Assembly (NCBI GenBank): GCA_041737355.1
Contig: JBGSRW010000006.1
Coordinates: 3,246 to 67,245 of the forward strand
DNA from: Patescibacteria group bacterium
GTDB taxonomy: Bacteria; Patescibacteriota; Patescibacteriia; XYB2-FULL-38-15
DNA: 64,000 nucleotides
Direction of reading: 5' to 3'
Positions 10,072 to 20,164 of the stretch are shown in pieces. Under the pieces are notes generated by a model, which saw only the letters and a program-made list of their open reading frames with translations, did no database searches and was not told where the DNA came from. Made by a program: the position numbers and the translations under genes. Positions within the stretch are counted from its first letter, which is position 1. The number at the start of each line of letters is the position of its first letter.

Positions 10072-10836
10072 CTAAATTTTGTAATCAATAATTTCCCGGG
10101 CTAAACGCTCGTAGGCGTGAGCTCCTTTGCTTTTCGCGTCATACTGCAAAATCGAAAGACCGTGCGAAGGCGCTTCGGCCAGACGGATGTTTCTCGGAAT
10201 AACCGAACGAAAAATTTTATTCGGGAAATATTTATAAAGTTCATTCAGAATCGAATCGGAAAGGCCGACACGGCTGTCGTACATTGTAATAGCCGCGCCG
10301 AGAATTTTTAACTCCGGACGAAGGTTGTCCTGGACCAATTTAATTGTTTCCAAAAGCTGGCCCAATCCTTCAAGAGCGTAATACTCCGCCTGAACCGGAA
10401 TGAAAACTTGGTCTGCCGCCACCAGACTGTTGATTGTTAAAAGCCCCAAAGACGGCGGACAATCGATAAGAACATAATCAAAATCATTTCTTACTTCAAG
10501 CAGGGCGTCATAAAGACGATACTCCCGGCGGTCGACTCCGACCAGTTCGACATTGGCTCCGGCCAAAGAAACGGTTGCCGGAGCGACGCGGTAACCTTGA
10601 ATCGCCGTATTTACAATAACATCGCGGAAAGAAGACGTTCCGGCCAGAGTTTCATAAACCCCTTTAGGCAGTGAACGGTGATCAATTCCTAAACCCGACG
10701 TAGCATTGGCCTGGGGATCCATATCAACAAGCATGACGAATTTCCCGAGGCGGGCCAAATAAGCTCCGAGGTTAACGGCAGTCGTTGTTTTACCGACCCC
10801 TCCCTTTTGGTTGACAATAGCAATAATTTGCGCCAT
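10072..10836 (-). CDS. parA: ParA/Soj ATPase
   Basis: NQKGGVGKTTT, DMDPQANAT, IDCPPSLG, EYYALEG. Confidence 0.96.
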   Translation of the reverse strand: MAQIIAIVNQKGGVGKTTTAVNLGAYLARLGKFVMLVDMDPQANATSGLGIDHRSLPKGVYETLAGTSSFRDVIVNTAIQGYRVAPATVSLAGANVELVGVDRREYRLYDALLEVRNDFDYVLIDCPPSLGLLTINSLVAADQVFIPVQAEYYALEGLGQLLETIKLVQDNLRPELKILGAAITMYDSRVGLSDSILNELYKYFPNKIFRSVIPRNIRLAEAPSHGLSILQYDAKSKGAHAYERLAREIIDYKI

Positions 10837-10865
10837 AATAAATTATCTGCGCTTTTAGTTTTATT

Positions 10866-10908
10866 ATTATACCTCAATATTGCTTTTTTGGCAAGATTGT
10901 TCTAAAAT
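10866..10908. promoter_or_regulatory. Overlapping divergent sigma70-type promoters (parA and tRNA-Leu)
   Basis: Minus: TTGCCA-17-TATAAT; plus: TTGCTT-17-TAAAAT. Confidence 0.7.
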
Positions 10909-10921
10909 AGGAGTAAATTAC

Positions 10922-11008
10922 GCCGATGTGGCGGAACTGGCATACGCGTGCGACTCAAAATCGCATTCCCTTACGGGATTGTGGGTTCAACTCCCACCAT
11001 CGGCACCA
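10922..11008 (+). tRNA. tRNA-Leu(CAA)
   Basis: Cloverleaf GCCGATG/CATCGGC, anticodon arm TGCGA-CTCAAAA-TCGCA, long variable arm, GTTCAA, encoded CCA. Confidence 0.95.
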
Positions 11009-11073
11009 TAGCCCTTGCCAAAAAATAAATTTTGGTGTATCTTTAAGGATAAAGCCGCAAAAAATAACATTAT

Positions 11074-11148
11074 AGCGGGGTGGAGAAGTAGCATCTCGCC
11101 TGGCCCATAACCAGGAGACCGCCGGTGCAAATCCGGCCCCCGCAACCA
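11074..11148 (+). tRNA. Initiator tRNA-Met(CAT), non-canonical
   Basis: A1xA72 mismatch, GCGGGG/CCCCGC, A11-U24, CAT anticodon, CCA end; T-loop TGCAAAT and C33 are atypical. Confidence 0.85.
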
Positions 11149-11178
11149 AAATTTATAGGATTATCATAAAATGCCCAG

Positions 11179-11254
11179 GGCTGGGTAGCTCAGTTGGTAG
11201 AGCGTGGGACTCATAAGCCCGAGGTCGTGGGTTCAATCCCCACCCCAGCCACCA
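11179..11254 (+). tRNA. tRNA-Met(CAT), elongator type (Ile2 not excluded)
   Basis: GGCTGGG/CCCAGCC acceptor, CTCATAA loop, GTTCAA, CCA. Confidence 0.9.
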
Positions 11255-11265
11255 AAAGAAAAAAT

Positions 11266-11727
11266 ATGCTTCTTTCAATACATGCCGCCGCAGGAGCCCT
11301 GATCGGCCAACAAACCAATAATCCCATCCTTGCCTTTATTTTGGGCTTTGCTTCTCATTTCGCCTTAGACGCTGTCCCCCACGGCGACCAGGACTGGATT
11401 GAGGATTATAAAGGAGACGATAAATCCAGAGCCAAAAGAATAATCTTTCTTGTCGGTCTGGATGCCGTTATATTGCTCGGTCTCCTGGTTTCCCAATTTT
11501 TTTACAGATCCCTGACACCAACCCTGAATATTGCCTCCGGAATACTCGGCGGAATACTTCCCGATTTTCTTGTAGGGTGCCACGAATTATCGGACAAACT
11601 TTTCAAAAATTTCTATCAATTGCATTTTAAAATGCACGATCTGCTTAACATAAAACAGCCGTCGACAGTTCAGGGAATTGTTTTTCAGGCCGTAGTTTTG
11701 GGAATACTGCTTATCTTTGCATTTTAG
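11266..11727 (+). CDS. Membrane protein, possible metal-dependent hydrolase
   Basis: Several TM segments; H at N-terminus, SHFALDAVPH, LPD, H..H motifs; start moved to 11266 because the longer ORF overlaps a tRNA. Confidence 0.75.
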   Translation: MLLSIHAAAGALIGQQTNNPILAFILGFASHFALDAVPHGDQDWIEDYKGDDKSRAKRIIFLVGLDAVILLGLLVSQFFYRSLTPTLNIASGILGGILPDFLVGCHELSDKLFKNFYQLHFKMHDLLNIKQPSTVQGIVFQAVVLGILLIFAF

Positions 11728-11744
11728 ATCGGTGCGTAATAACA

Positions 11745-11773
11745 AAAAATCCGGATAATTTCCGGAATTTTTT
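11745..11773. terminator. Bidirectional terminator
   Basis: aaaaatccgga-taatt-tccggaattttt between convergent genes. Confidence 0.65.
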
Positions 11774-11787
11774 ATTATACAATAAAT

Positions 11788-12996
11788 TTATTTTACTGCC
11801 CGTTTGTAAACCTCCAATGTTTCCCGGGCGCACTTAGCCCAGCTAAACTCCTTCGCCTTTAACATTCCTTTCTCCCCGAGTTCCAGCCCAACGCTACGCT
11901 CCGACAAAACTTTTTTCATAGCCATTTCAATTGTTTTAATATTTATCGGATCGACGAGAATTGCTCCATCCCCCGCCAACTCCGGCAAGGAAGACGTATC
12001 GGAAGTAATTGTGGGAACTCCGAGCGACATAGCCTCAAGGACCGGCAAACCGAATCCTTCGTAGAGGGAGGGGAAAACAAAACACGAGGCATAACTGATA
12101 AGGGAAAATTTTTCCTGGCCGGGTATGTATCCTATATATTTAATCTTATTCTTTCCCCCCAAAATTTTGTTGCACTTTTCTATTTCTAAAAAAATTTTTT
12201 TGTATTTCCAGCCTTTCGCCCCAGCCAAAACAAGCTGATATTTTTCTCCAATCGCCTTGTTATTAGCGGCAAGACCGCAAAAAGCCCTAACCAGGGCGGC
12301 GATATTTTTTCTTGGCTCAACGGTTCCCAAAAATAAAATGTAATCTTCTTTCAACCCATATTTACTTTTAATATTTTTTGGACAAATTTTCCCTTCCGAT
12401 CCGCAGACGTCGTCATCTTTTGACGGCAGATTTTTGAATTCCACCCCTTCGTAAACCACGTCTACTTTGTCCGGCTTAATTTTAAAAATTTCCGCAATAT
12501 CTTTCTTGGTATTTTTTGAGACAGCGATAATCCTGGACGCCTTTTTCAAACTTTTTGGCACCAATATTTTTTTAGAAAATTCCTGCCCCGCTAAAAATTT
12601 TGAGGGGAACCATTCGGGATGTTTATAAATTGCCAAATCGTGTACGGTCACAACCGACTTTCCCTTGTAAGCCAGGGGAAGTGTGTAGGCCGGGGAATGG
12701 AAAATATCTAGTTTCTCCTTGTCCAGGGCGGCGGCGACCAGAATATGGGAAAAAGCAATCGGCAAATAATGTTTATAGCGGTGAAAGGGGAAAAATTTCG
12801 TCTCCGCGTTCGGGGCGACGGAGATAATTTCCCGAGCCGCTTCCCGGGATAATAAACTGTCAAAAAATAAAATATACCTATTTTTTTTATCCAGTTCGAG
12901 AAGATTCTTCACTAGATAATAGGTATAATGCCCGATTCCGGCGCCCTCTCCGTAGCCCGGATTTAAAATTGTACGGCAATCTATGCCAATCCTCAT
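11788..12996 (-). CDS. Glycosyltransferase family 4 (GT-B)
   Basis: MRIGIDCR, TVHDL, EPRKN, FPSLYEGFGLPVLEAM. Confidence 0.93.
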   Translation of the reverse strand: MRIGIDCRTILNPGYGEGAGIGHYTYYLVKNLLELDKKNRYILFFDSLLSREAAREIISVAPNAETKFFPFHRYKHYLPIAFSHILVAAALDKEKLDIFHSPAYTLPLAYKGKSVVTVHDLAIYKHPEWFPSKFLAGQEFSKKILVPKSLKKASRIIAVSKNTKKDIAEIFKIKPDKVDVVYEGVEFKNLPSKDDDVCGSEGKICPKNIKSKYGLKEDYILFLGTVEPRKNIAALVRAFCGLAANNKAIGEKYQLVLAGAKGWKYKKIFLEIEKCNKILGGKNKIKYIGYIPGQEKFSLISYASCFVFPSLYEGFGLPVLEAMSLGVPTITSDTSSLPELAGDGAILVDPINIKTIEMAMKKVLSERSVGLELGEKGMLKAKEFSWAKCARETLEVYKRAVK

Positions 12997-13000
12997 AAAA

Positions 13001-13972
13001 TCATTGCCATTTGTAGTTTTCAAAAGTCCAGTCGGTTAATCCTTTTACTTCTTTGAACCTGTCTTCCGCCGAGGCGCTTCCCAGAACGACGGCGACAATC
13101 TTGTGCCCCTCCCTTTCGACTTCCACGGCTAAATTATATCCTGATTCTTCTATGTATCCGGTTTTTCCCCCAATAAGGGTGTAAGGCTCCTCGTTCAAAA
13201 AACTCCATAACAACTCGTTGGTGCTTTTAACGTAGTATGTATTGCTGCTTTTTCTCGGACTAAAAATATATTTTTTCTGTACGACGGCTTCCTTGATTTC
13301 CTCACGGTCAAGCGCGTTGGCTAAAAGTTTGGCGATATCTCGCGCCGTACTTTTATTCTCCGGGAGAAGACCTGTCGGGTCGACAAAAATGGTATTGTTC
13401 ATATCCAGCTCCCGGGCCTTGTTATTCATCTTCACGACAAAAGCTTCTTCGGTCATACCGGTTGAACGGGCGATCGCCGCAGCCGCGTTATTCACCGAAC
13501 CGACAAGCATCATCTTGAATAAATTTTCCATGGTTACTTCTTCCGGGGGCCGCGCGTATACGATACCCCCCTCCCTGTTATCGGCATATGCAAGTTTTAT
13601 ATATTTACCCCACTCCGGTTTCTCGTCCAAAATCACGAGCGCCGTCATAAGCTTGGTCAAACTGGCCAAAGAAAGTTTTTCCCCGGAATTTTTATCAAAT
13701 AAAATTTCTCCCGCGGCTTTGTCAAAAACCAAAGCCGCTCTCGCCGTAGTTTCTATCCCTAAACTTTTACTCTCCTCAATTTTTTGGGGAGAATGCGGCT
13801 CGGCGCGGGGCAAAAATGCTTTTGAAAAATCATTCTGTTCCGTCCCGACGATAGTTTCGTTACCGACCGCCGGTTTTTCTCTTCCCAGCCAATCAAAATT
13901 TACGCCCGTCGGAGAACTGGCGATTTGGGGAACAAGGAGAATAAAAAGACTTAGAATCAAAGAAAACATCAT
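13001..13972 (-). CDS. D-alanyl-D-alanine carboxypeptidase (peptidase S11)
   Basis: Signal peptide; SLTK (SxxK), SVN (SxN), KTG motifs. Confidence 0.92.
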   Translation of the reverse strand: MMFSLILSLFILLVPQIASSPTGVNFDWLGREKPAVGNETIVGTEQNDFSKAFLPRAEPHSPQKIEESKSLGIETTARAALVFDKAAGEILFDKNSGEKLSLASLTKLMTALVILDEKPEWGKYIKLAYADNREGGIVYARPPEEVTMENLFKMMLVGSVNNAAAAIARSTGMTEEAFVVKMNNKARELDMNNTIFVDPTGLLPENKSTARDIAKLLANALDREEIKEAVVQKKYIFSPRKSSNTYYVKSTNELLWSFLNEEPYTLIGGKTGYIEESGYNLAVEVEREGHKIVAVVLGSASAEDRFKEVKGLTDWTFENYKWQ

Positions 13973-14544
13973 ACACTTATTTTATCCTGGGGTTGCTCTT
14001 TTTCCGCGGACAGGTCTAAAATTTTTTCAAAAATTTCACTTTTGGATAATTTCTCGTAATCGGGCAATTCGCTTGTTTTTTTAATGCCAAGATATCTCAT
14101 AAAATCAAAAGTTATATTGTAAAGGGCTTCGCCCCCCTTGTCGGAAGCCTTAGCCTCGGCCAATCCCTTTATCATAAGATTACGGAGAATCAAGCTGCAA
14201 TTGACGCCGCGAATCTGTTCCAGATCCGGTTTTGAAATCGGCCCGCGATAAGCAACGATTGTCAGTGTTTCAAGGGCCGGCCGGGTAAGTTCGCCGGTTA
14301 TTTCATCTTTTAAAAATTCTTTTACCATTTTCGCCGTGTCGGGATTGGTAGACATCTGATACTCTCCGTCCACTTCCATAATCTGTATTCCTCTCCCTGC
14401 GGCGGCTCCTTCGCCGATCAGCTCATCAAGAGCATTTTTAACATCGTTTTTTTCCGCGCCAACTTCCTCGCCGATCTTTTTCAGGCTAAGCGGCCGGCTG
14501 GCGACAAAAAGTAAACTCTCAATTTTTGATTTTAGATTGGCCAT
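13969..14544 (-). CDS. scpB: SMC-Scp complex subunit ScpB
   Basis: IESLLF, ALETLTIVAYRGPI, IRGVN. Confidence 0.95.
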   Translation of the reverse strand: MANLKSKIESLLFVASRPLSLKKIGEEVGAEKNDVKNALDELIGEGAAAGRGIQIMEVDGEYQMSTNPDTAKMVKEFLKDEITGELTRPALETLTIVAYRGPISKPDLEQIRGVNCSLILRNLMIKGLAEAKASDKGGEALYNITFDFMRYLGIKKTSELPDYEKLSKSEIFEKILDLSAEKEQPQDKISV

Positions 14545-14547
14545 ATC

Positions 14548-15258
14548 CTATTGGGGCAAATTATCCCCCTTTTTAATATTTATTTCTCCGAACATTTTTT
14601 CCTGGGTTACTACTATATGCCGCTGCTTTAGAAGTTCGAGCACGGCTAAAAAATTTACGATTACTTCAACTTTATTTTTTGCCTTGGAAATAACGGTATG
14701 AAATTTTATTTCTATTTTTTCCCTTATTAAATTTTTTATGTGCTGTATTTTTTCCTGAATCGAAACGGTACTCTTGACCACTCCCCTGGGAAGACGGACG
14801 ATCGGTTCAAGGTCATCCAAGATTTCCTTGATAACCGCGGCCAATTTATCCGTGGTAAGCCACGGCGGAGGATTGAAAAAAATGTCTCCGGCCCCGAGCG
14901 GCGGACGTTCCCGCATAAAAGCGAATCGCTTTTTCAAAATCATTTTGTGAATCAAAAGCGAGGCATCCCTATACTCCTTATAAATTTTCAACTGTTCGGC
15001 CAAGTCGGAACCGTCCATGTTTTCTCCTTCAAGCGAAGGCAAAAGGGATTTTGATTTTATCCAAAGAAGTTTTGCGGCTACAACCAAAAAATCCGCCATT
15101 TCCGCGGGGTTAAGATTCTCCATCCCCTCAAGATATTCCACGTACTGATCGGCAATCCGGGCCAGTGAAACGTCCGAAATATTCATTTCTTCCCCTTCAA
15201 TCAAACGCAACAGCAGGTCCATCGGCCCTTCGAATTTTTCTATTTTTATTGTGTACAT
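14548..15258 (-). CDS. scpA: Segregation/condensation protein ScpA
   Basis: FEGPMDLLL, KSKSLLP, FLAVLEL. Confidence 0.95.
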   Translation of the reverse strand: MYTIKIEKFEGPMDLLLRLIEGEEMNISDVSLARIADQYVEYLEGMENLNPAEMADFLVVAAKLLWIKSKSLLPSLEGENMDGSDLAEQLKIYKEYRDASLLIHKMILKKRFAFMRERPPLGAGDIFFNPPPWLTTDKLAAVIKEILDDLEPIVRLPRGVVKSTVSIQEKIQHIKNLIREKIEIKFHTVISKAKNKVEVIVNFLAVLELLKQRHIVVTQEKMFGEINIKKGDNLPQ

Positions 15259-15725
15259 TATTTCTTTTTACTGAAATCCCCCGTTACCCCTCCCGTGGCT
15301 TTAAAAAAATTTTTAGATGTCATCGTGACGGAATCCCGGTATGTCCCCGCTCCGGCAATAATATTTTTCACTCTCCCGAAACTTTTGTCAACAAAAACCG
15401 GGACTTTATAAATGGCTCCGAACGGAGTAACCGCCCCCGGCTTTATTTTAAAAAGTTTATTCATTATATTCTCCTTGGCGATTTCCACCTTTTTGGCTTT
15501 GGCAATTTTTTTTAACTTGCCCAAGTCAAGCCGGTGCGAAGCCGGGACTACCGCCAGAATATAAGCTTTATCGGCCTTTACTACAAGAGTCTTGGCAATT
15601 TCATTCAATTTAACCCCGAGCGTCTGTGCCGTATCGTAAGCGGTATAAACCGTTTTATGGTTTATTATTTTATACCCTGTCTTGGCGGTATCCAGATATT
15701 TTAAAATCTTTTTGGGAATAGCCAT
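15258..15725 (-). CDS. YbaK/ProX-family aminoacyl-tRNA deacylase
   Basis: IAKTLVVK, GAVTPFG motifs. Confidence 0.85.
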   Translation of the reverse strand: MAIPKKILKYLDTAKTGYKIINHKTVYTAYDTAQTLGVKLNEIAKTLVVKADKAYILAVVPASHRLDLGKLKKIAKAKKVEIAKENIMNKLFKIKPGAVTPFGAIYKVPVFVDKSFGRVKNIIAGAGTYRDSVTMTSKNFFKATGGVTGDFSKKK

Positions 15726-15751
15726 ACCTCTAAAGGATTAATAATCATACC

Positions 15752-17332
15752 TTATTTCTTTCTTTGACGCAAGATCTGCCAGACCATAATCCCGGCCATC
15801 GCGCCAACGAAGATCAGCCAGGCGACCATGCCGGCGGCAAAAATACTTTTGGTGTAAACCGAAGCCCAGTTGTAGGGAACCATTCCGTACCAGTTGGTTT
15901 CACCATAATGATACCACCCGGCAAGCCAAATAATCCCCACGCCGACCGTGATAATAAGTGCCAGACTCTGGAAAATCCAAGCGACTATATGGGCGGCCTT
16001 TGATTTGGTAAAAAATTGCAACAATGTACAGGCCGTGAATATCAGACCGGGCGGAGCTATGAATCCCAAGACGAGAATTATGCTTAGAACAACAAAGAAA
16101 ATAAGAACGCCGAGCAGTCCGCCTTGCCAATTGGACTCCCTCGCTCCCACTTTGTCGTTATTGGAAGCGGCGCGCGGATAAAGATCATAGGTCATTTCCG
16201 AAGGCTGCATATATCGAGACATCTTCGTAAGATAATTTTTCCCAGCCTGGGGCTTTACCCAAGGTTCACCGTTAGATTCCACGGCGAGCCTTTCAATATC
16301 TTTTCTTTTAACCCAATCCGCGTAATCGGTATTAAAGCCAGGCAATTCTTGTTTGCTGTCGGAAAAAACGTAAAGCATGATTGAAACGTTTTCCTGCCAA
16401 TAAGGACGCGGCGGCGCGATAGGATAAAGCTCTGGTTCGGTCGGTGCCGGCGCGGCCGCCCCGGTCCCACAATCGGATGGACCGCAGGTACACTGTCCGG
16501 AGATACAACAAGGGGTATCTTGACCGATAACTTGCGGGCAAAATAACCCGCCACATTGGTCGCTGCTCGCACAATTTTGCATTACTCGTGCTTCATCGGT
16601 TACTGCCACGCCCGAGGCTGAATTGCCCTCCTCCGTTAAAGGCACTGGCCATGGCTCTGATCCGGGCTGTTTAAGATATTCTGCGATTCCGGAAATTTTT
16701 AATGGATAGACTATTTTTGAAGATGAAAAAATAAATTTTAAAGGTACGGCATGGCCTTCTGCAAGCTGCGCCTCCACTCCGGCAGAAAGCGACCCCGTGT
16801 CTATTTTAATAGCCGTAAAATACCATTTATTGTCAATGTAGTCGTTCAGCAAATATTTCGCTTCTTCAGGAAAATTATATTTATTATCAGCAAGCCATTT
16901 TGTCAGAGCGTCGGGATTATCAGCCTCAAGGACGGTAATATCGTAATATTCGACTTTCTTGGTTTCAACCACTGTCACGCCTTTACCAACGGCCGCGCTT
17001 TCCGCTCCGCCGCTATACATCGGCATTACCCGGTTGTCGTATTGCGGTTCGGTTAATTTAGCCAGGGCGGTAAAAAGTTCATCGGTTGACTTGGAAACCT
17101 CGGGCCGGGCAGGTGTCGGGACAATCCAGCTAAACTTTTTTGCGTCACCCCGGAAAGTTATGGAAACAATCATGGTTTCCACATTTTTTTCATGAAAAAT
17201 TACTGCCTTTTGGTCGGTCTCCTGCATCCAGTAATCGGGCGGCGGGAAAATAACGCCGTCGGCGTAAGCGACGGCCGGAAAAACCAACGCGGCCAATCCA
17301 ATAACTGCAAAAAACTTTTTAAGGATTTTCAT
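15752..17332 (-). CDS. DUF2330-like exported/membrane protein with Cys-rich insert
   Basis: Signal peptide ..AYADG, FSWIVPTP, WLADNKY, VYPLKIS; C-terminal TM helices. Confidence 0.7.
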   Translation of the reverse strand: MKILKKFFAVIGLAALVFPAVAYADGVIFPPPDYWMQETDQKAVIFHEKNVETMIVSITFRGDAKKFSWIVPTPARPEVSKSTDELFTALAKLTEPQYDNRVMPMYSGGAESAAVGKGVTVVETKKVEYYDITVLEADNPDALTKWLADNKYNFPEEAKYLLNDYIDNKWYFTAIKIDTGSLSAGVEAQLAEGHAVPLKFIFSSSKIVYPLKISGIAEYLKQPGSEPWPVPLTEEGNSASGVAVTDEARVMQNCASSDQCGGLFCPQVIGQDTPCCISGQCTCGPSDCGTGAAAPAPTEPELYPIAPPRPYWQENVSIMLYVFSDSKQELPGFNTDYADWVKRKDIERLAVESNGEPWVKPQAGKNYLTKMSRYMQPSEMTYDLYPRAASNNDKVGARESNWQGGLLGVLIFFVVLSIILVLGFIAPPGLIFTACTLLQFFTKSKAAHIVAWIFQSLALIITVGVGIIWLAGWYHYGETNWYGMVPYNWASVYTKSIFAAGMVAWLIFVGAMAGIMVWQILRQRKK

Positions 17333-17396
17333 AATTCTCTATATTTAATTTTTATATCCCTAATATTTTATTTTCCCGCCAAATACTGCGCGCCCG

Positions 17397-19745
17397 CTAT
17401 TTTTTATTCAAAGCCGCGTTCAAAACTTGGCCAACGTCGTCGGCAAAAATAAATTTGAGATCCTTGCGAACATTGTTCGGTATTTCCTCCAGATCTTTCT
17501 CGTTGTCCTTCGGCAGAATGATGGTTCTAACCTCGGCCCGGTGGGCGGCCAAAACTTTTTCCTTTACTCCTCCTATCTCAAGCGCTTTGCCGCGAAGAGT
17601 GACCTCTCCGGTCATCCCGACGTCTTTTTTGATTGACCGGCCGGTCAAAATAGAAATAATCGCCGTAGCCATAGCTACTCCGGCAGACGGACCATCTTTC
17701 GGAATAGCTCCCGAGGGAACATGAATATGAATATCGGAATTCTTATAAAATTCCCCTTTTATCCCGAGCGCTTTTGCCCTAGATCTCGCGTAAGAGAACG
17801 CCGCCTGGGCCGACTCCTGCATCACCTTACCAAGCTGACCGGTCAAAATTAAATTTCCCTTGCCCGGCATTTTGGTCGCCTCAATCAAAAGTATCTCTCC
17901 GCCCGCCTGTGTCCAGGCCAAACCAGTAGCTACACCGATCTCGTCTTTTTTCTCGGCCATAGTTGTATGATATCTTGGCTGCCCGAGAAATTCATGAAGA
18001 TCGGCTAAGCCGACTTTATAATGTTTCTTTTCCCCTTCGGCAAAACGTCGGGCTACCTTACGGCAAATGGCGGCTATATTTCTTTCCAGTTCTCTGACGC
18101 CGGCTTCTCTCGTGTATTCCCTCACAACCGTCCTGATCGCCGGTTCCGTAATTATTAATTTTCCTTCATCGTTCAGCCCATTTTCCCTTAACTGTTTTGG
18201 AATTAAAAATTTCTGGGCAATATGAATTTTTTCTTCCTCAACATATCCCGGAAATTCTATAACTTCCATTCTGTCCCGGAGCGGCGGAGGAATGGTATCT
18301 AAAATATTAGCGGTCGTTATGAACATCACGTCGGAAAGATCAAAAGGAACCTCAAGATAATGATCGGAAAAAGCGTAATTCTGTTCCGGGTCAAGCGCCT
18401 CAAGCAAAGCAGATGACGGATCGCCGCGAAAATCAGTCCCGACCTTATCTATTTCGTCGAGCATGAAAACCGGATTTTTTGTGCCTGCCGTGTTAACACC
18501 CTGAATAATTCTTCCCGGGAGAGCTCCGACGTATGTGCGCCGATGCCCGCGGATTTCGGCTTCGTCGCGGATACCTCCAAGTGACATTCTGAAAAATTTT
18601 CTGCCCAATGATTTGGCAATTGATTTTCCGATCGAAGTTTTGCCCGTGCCCGGCGGACCGGCAAAACAGAGAATCGGACCTTTTATTTTTCCGACTAATT
18701 TTTGCACCGCGAGATATTCCAGGACGCGCTCCTTTGCCTTATCCAGTCCGTAGTGATCTTCATCTAAAATATTCTTAGCTTTTTTTATATCAACCTTGCT
18801 TTCCGTCTTTTTCGACCAGGGAAGCATCAAGAGCCAATCAAGATAGGTTCTGATATAGGAAATTTCCGGGGAAAATGACGGCATTTTTTCGAGACGGGCA
18901 AGTTCTTTCAACGCCTGCTCTTTTGCCTCTTTGGGCATCCCGGCTTTTTCAATTTTTTCTTTTATTTCTTCTGTCTCGCTCCGTCCGCCGACGACACCCA
19001 GCTCTTTTTCGATTGTTTTCATCTGCTCGCGCAGGAACATCTCTTTTTCCATTTTGCCGAGTTCTTTGCCGGTTTCCGCCTGAATCTTCTGCGCCATCCG
19101 CAAAATATTAAGTTGCCGGCCTATTGCTACGGCTAATTTTTCCAGCTTGTCCTCTATATTTTCTGATTCCAGAATCGCCTGTTTCTCCTCAACTTTAAAA
19201 TCCAAATTAATGGCGATCAGGTCGGCCATTTCCCACGGATCGTTAACGCTTAGAATAACAAAGAAAACATCGAAGGGAACGTTCGCCCCCATTGTGACGC
19301 ATTCTTTGAACTGATTGACCAAACTTTTGGTCCAAGCCTCGATTCTCTCCGTTTTTTTGGAAACCGGTTCCGACATTGGTTCAACTTTCACTTTTAAAAA
19401 CGGCTCGGAGGAAACAATTTCGGAAATTTTTGCCCGTACCATTCCTTCGACGACAACCCTTACCGATCCGTCAGGCTGTTTGGTTGTTTCCCTGATTTTT
19501 GCGACGGTGCCAATAGAGTAAATGTCATCCCGTCCGACCTCGGTTAAAATTTCTTTTTTCTGCGCGACGCAAACCGCCAACTGATCGTGTTGCATGGCGA
19601 AATTAAGCGCCTGAAGCGTTTTTTCTCTTTTGATAACAAGTGTCAGCAAAACACGCGGAAAAACAACCACGTCAACCAACGGGACGAGGGCTAATTCTTT
19701 CTTAATTTTTCCGTCAAGATTTCCTAAAAATTTTTCTGCCTCCAT
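17397..19745 (-). CDS. lon: Lon protease
   Basis: DHYGL, GPPGTGKTS, LDEIDK, PKDGPSAG, MTGEVTLRG. Confidence 0.97.
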   Translation of the reverse strand: MEAEKFLGNLDGKIKKELALVPLVDVVVFPRVLLTLVIKREKTLQALNFAMQHDQLAVCVAQKKEILTEVGRDDIYSIGTVAKIRETTKQPDGSVRVVVEGMVRAKISEIVSSEPFLKVKVEPMSEPVSKKTERIEAWTKSLVNQFKECVTMGANVPFDVFFVILSVNDPWEMADLIAINLDFKVEEKQAILESENIEDKLEKLAVAIGRQLNILRMAQKIQAETGKELGKMEKEMFLREQMKTIEKELGVVGGRSETEEIKEKIEKAGMPKEAKEQALKELARLEKMPSFSPEISYIRTYLDWLLMLPWSKKTESKVDIKKAKNILDEDHYGLDKAKERVLEYLAVQKLVGKIKGPILCFAGPPGTGKTSIGKSIAKSLGRKFFRMSLGGIRDEAEIRGHRRTYVGALPGRIIQGVNTAGTKNPVFMLDEIDKVGTDFRGDPSSALLEALDPEQNYAFSDHYLEVPFDLSDVMFITTANILDTIPPPLRDRMEVIEFPGYVEEEKIHIAQKFLIPKQLRENGLNDEGKLIITEPAIRTVVREYTREAGVRELERNIAAICRKVARRFAEGEKKHYKVGLADLHEFLGQPRYHTTMAEKKDEIGVATGLAWTQAGGEILLIEATKMPGKGNLILTGQLGKVMQESAQAAFSYARSRAKALGIKGEFYKNSDIHIHVPSGAIPKDGPSAGVAMATAIISILTGRSIKKDVGMTGEVTLRGKALEIGGVKEKVLAAHRAEVRTIILPKDNEKDLEEIPNNVRKDLKFIFADDVGQVLNAALNKK

Positions 19746-19783
19746 ATTATAAAAAATATTCTTTAATATTTAATACGAAATTT

Positions 19784-20080
19784 TTATTTAAAAGGTAACG
19801 GAACCTGTTCCCCCTGAAGCTTTTTCGCCGCCCGCCGGCCGTCCACTGTCAATTTTATTTCCCTAATAAACCACTTTTTCGGCGTTCGCATGCCGTAGCC
19901 GGTCAAAAATCCTTTGTCAATCAGGCGCTCCAGAGATTTAGTAACAATATTAACCTGGTCTTCTTTTTTTGGTTTCCATTTCTGCCGGTCGTAAAATTTC
20001 AATAATCGGCCGCGGCTGAATTTATCTTTTTCCCCGTAGCCGGCAAGCAAAATATGCTTCTGAAGTTGGGACAATTTCAT
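19784..20080 (-). CDS. Small basic hypothetical protein (winged-helix-like)
   Basis: LSQLQKHIL...KSLERLIDKGFL...IKLTVDG pattern; promoter TTTACA-17-TACAAT 6 nt upstream of ATG (leaderless). Confidence 0.75.
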   Translation of the reverse strand: MKLSQLQKHILLAGYGEKDKFSRGRLLKFYDRQKWKPKKEDQVNIVTKSLERLIDKGFLTGYGMRTPKKWFIREIKLTVDGRRAAKKLQGEQVPLPFK

Positions 20081-20164
20081 AGCTTCATTGTACCAAAAAT
20101 AAGGCTTGGTGTAAACCCCGTTAAAAGTGTGTTTTCAAGGACAAAATTACTCTATTTCGGTATC

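Noticed and set aside
9142-10920. Replication origin or parS near parAB
   Set aside because: No DnaA-box cluster or parS palindrome seen; isolated TTATCCAC matches lie within CDSs
10955-11265. ORF 10955..11149 and N-terminal extension of 11194..11727
   Set aside because: They overlap tRNA genes; shadow ORFs
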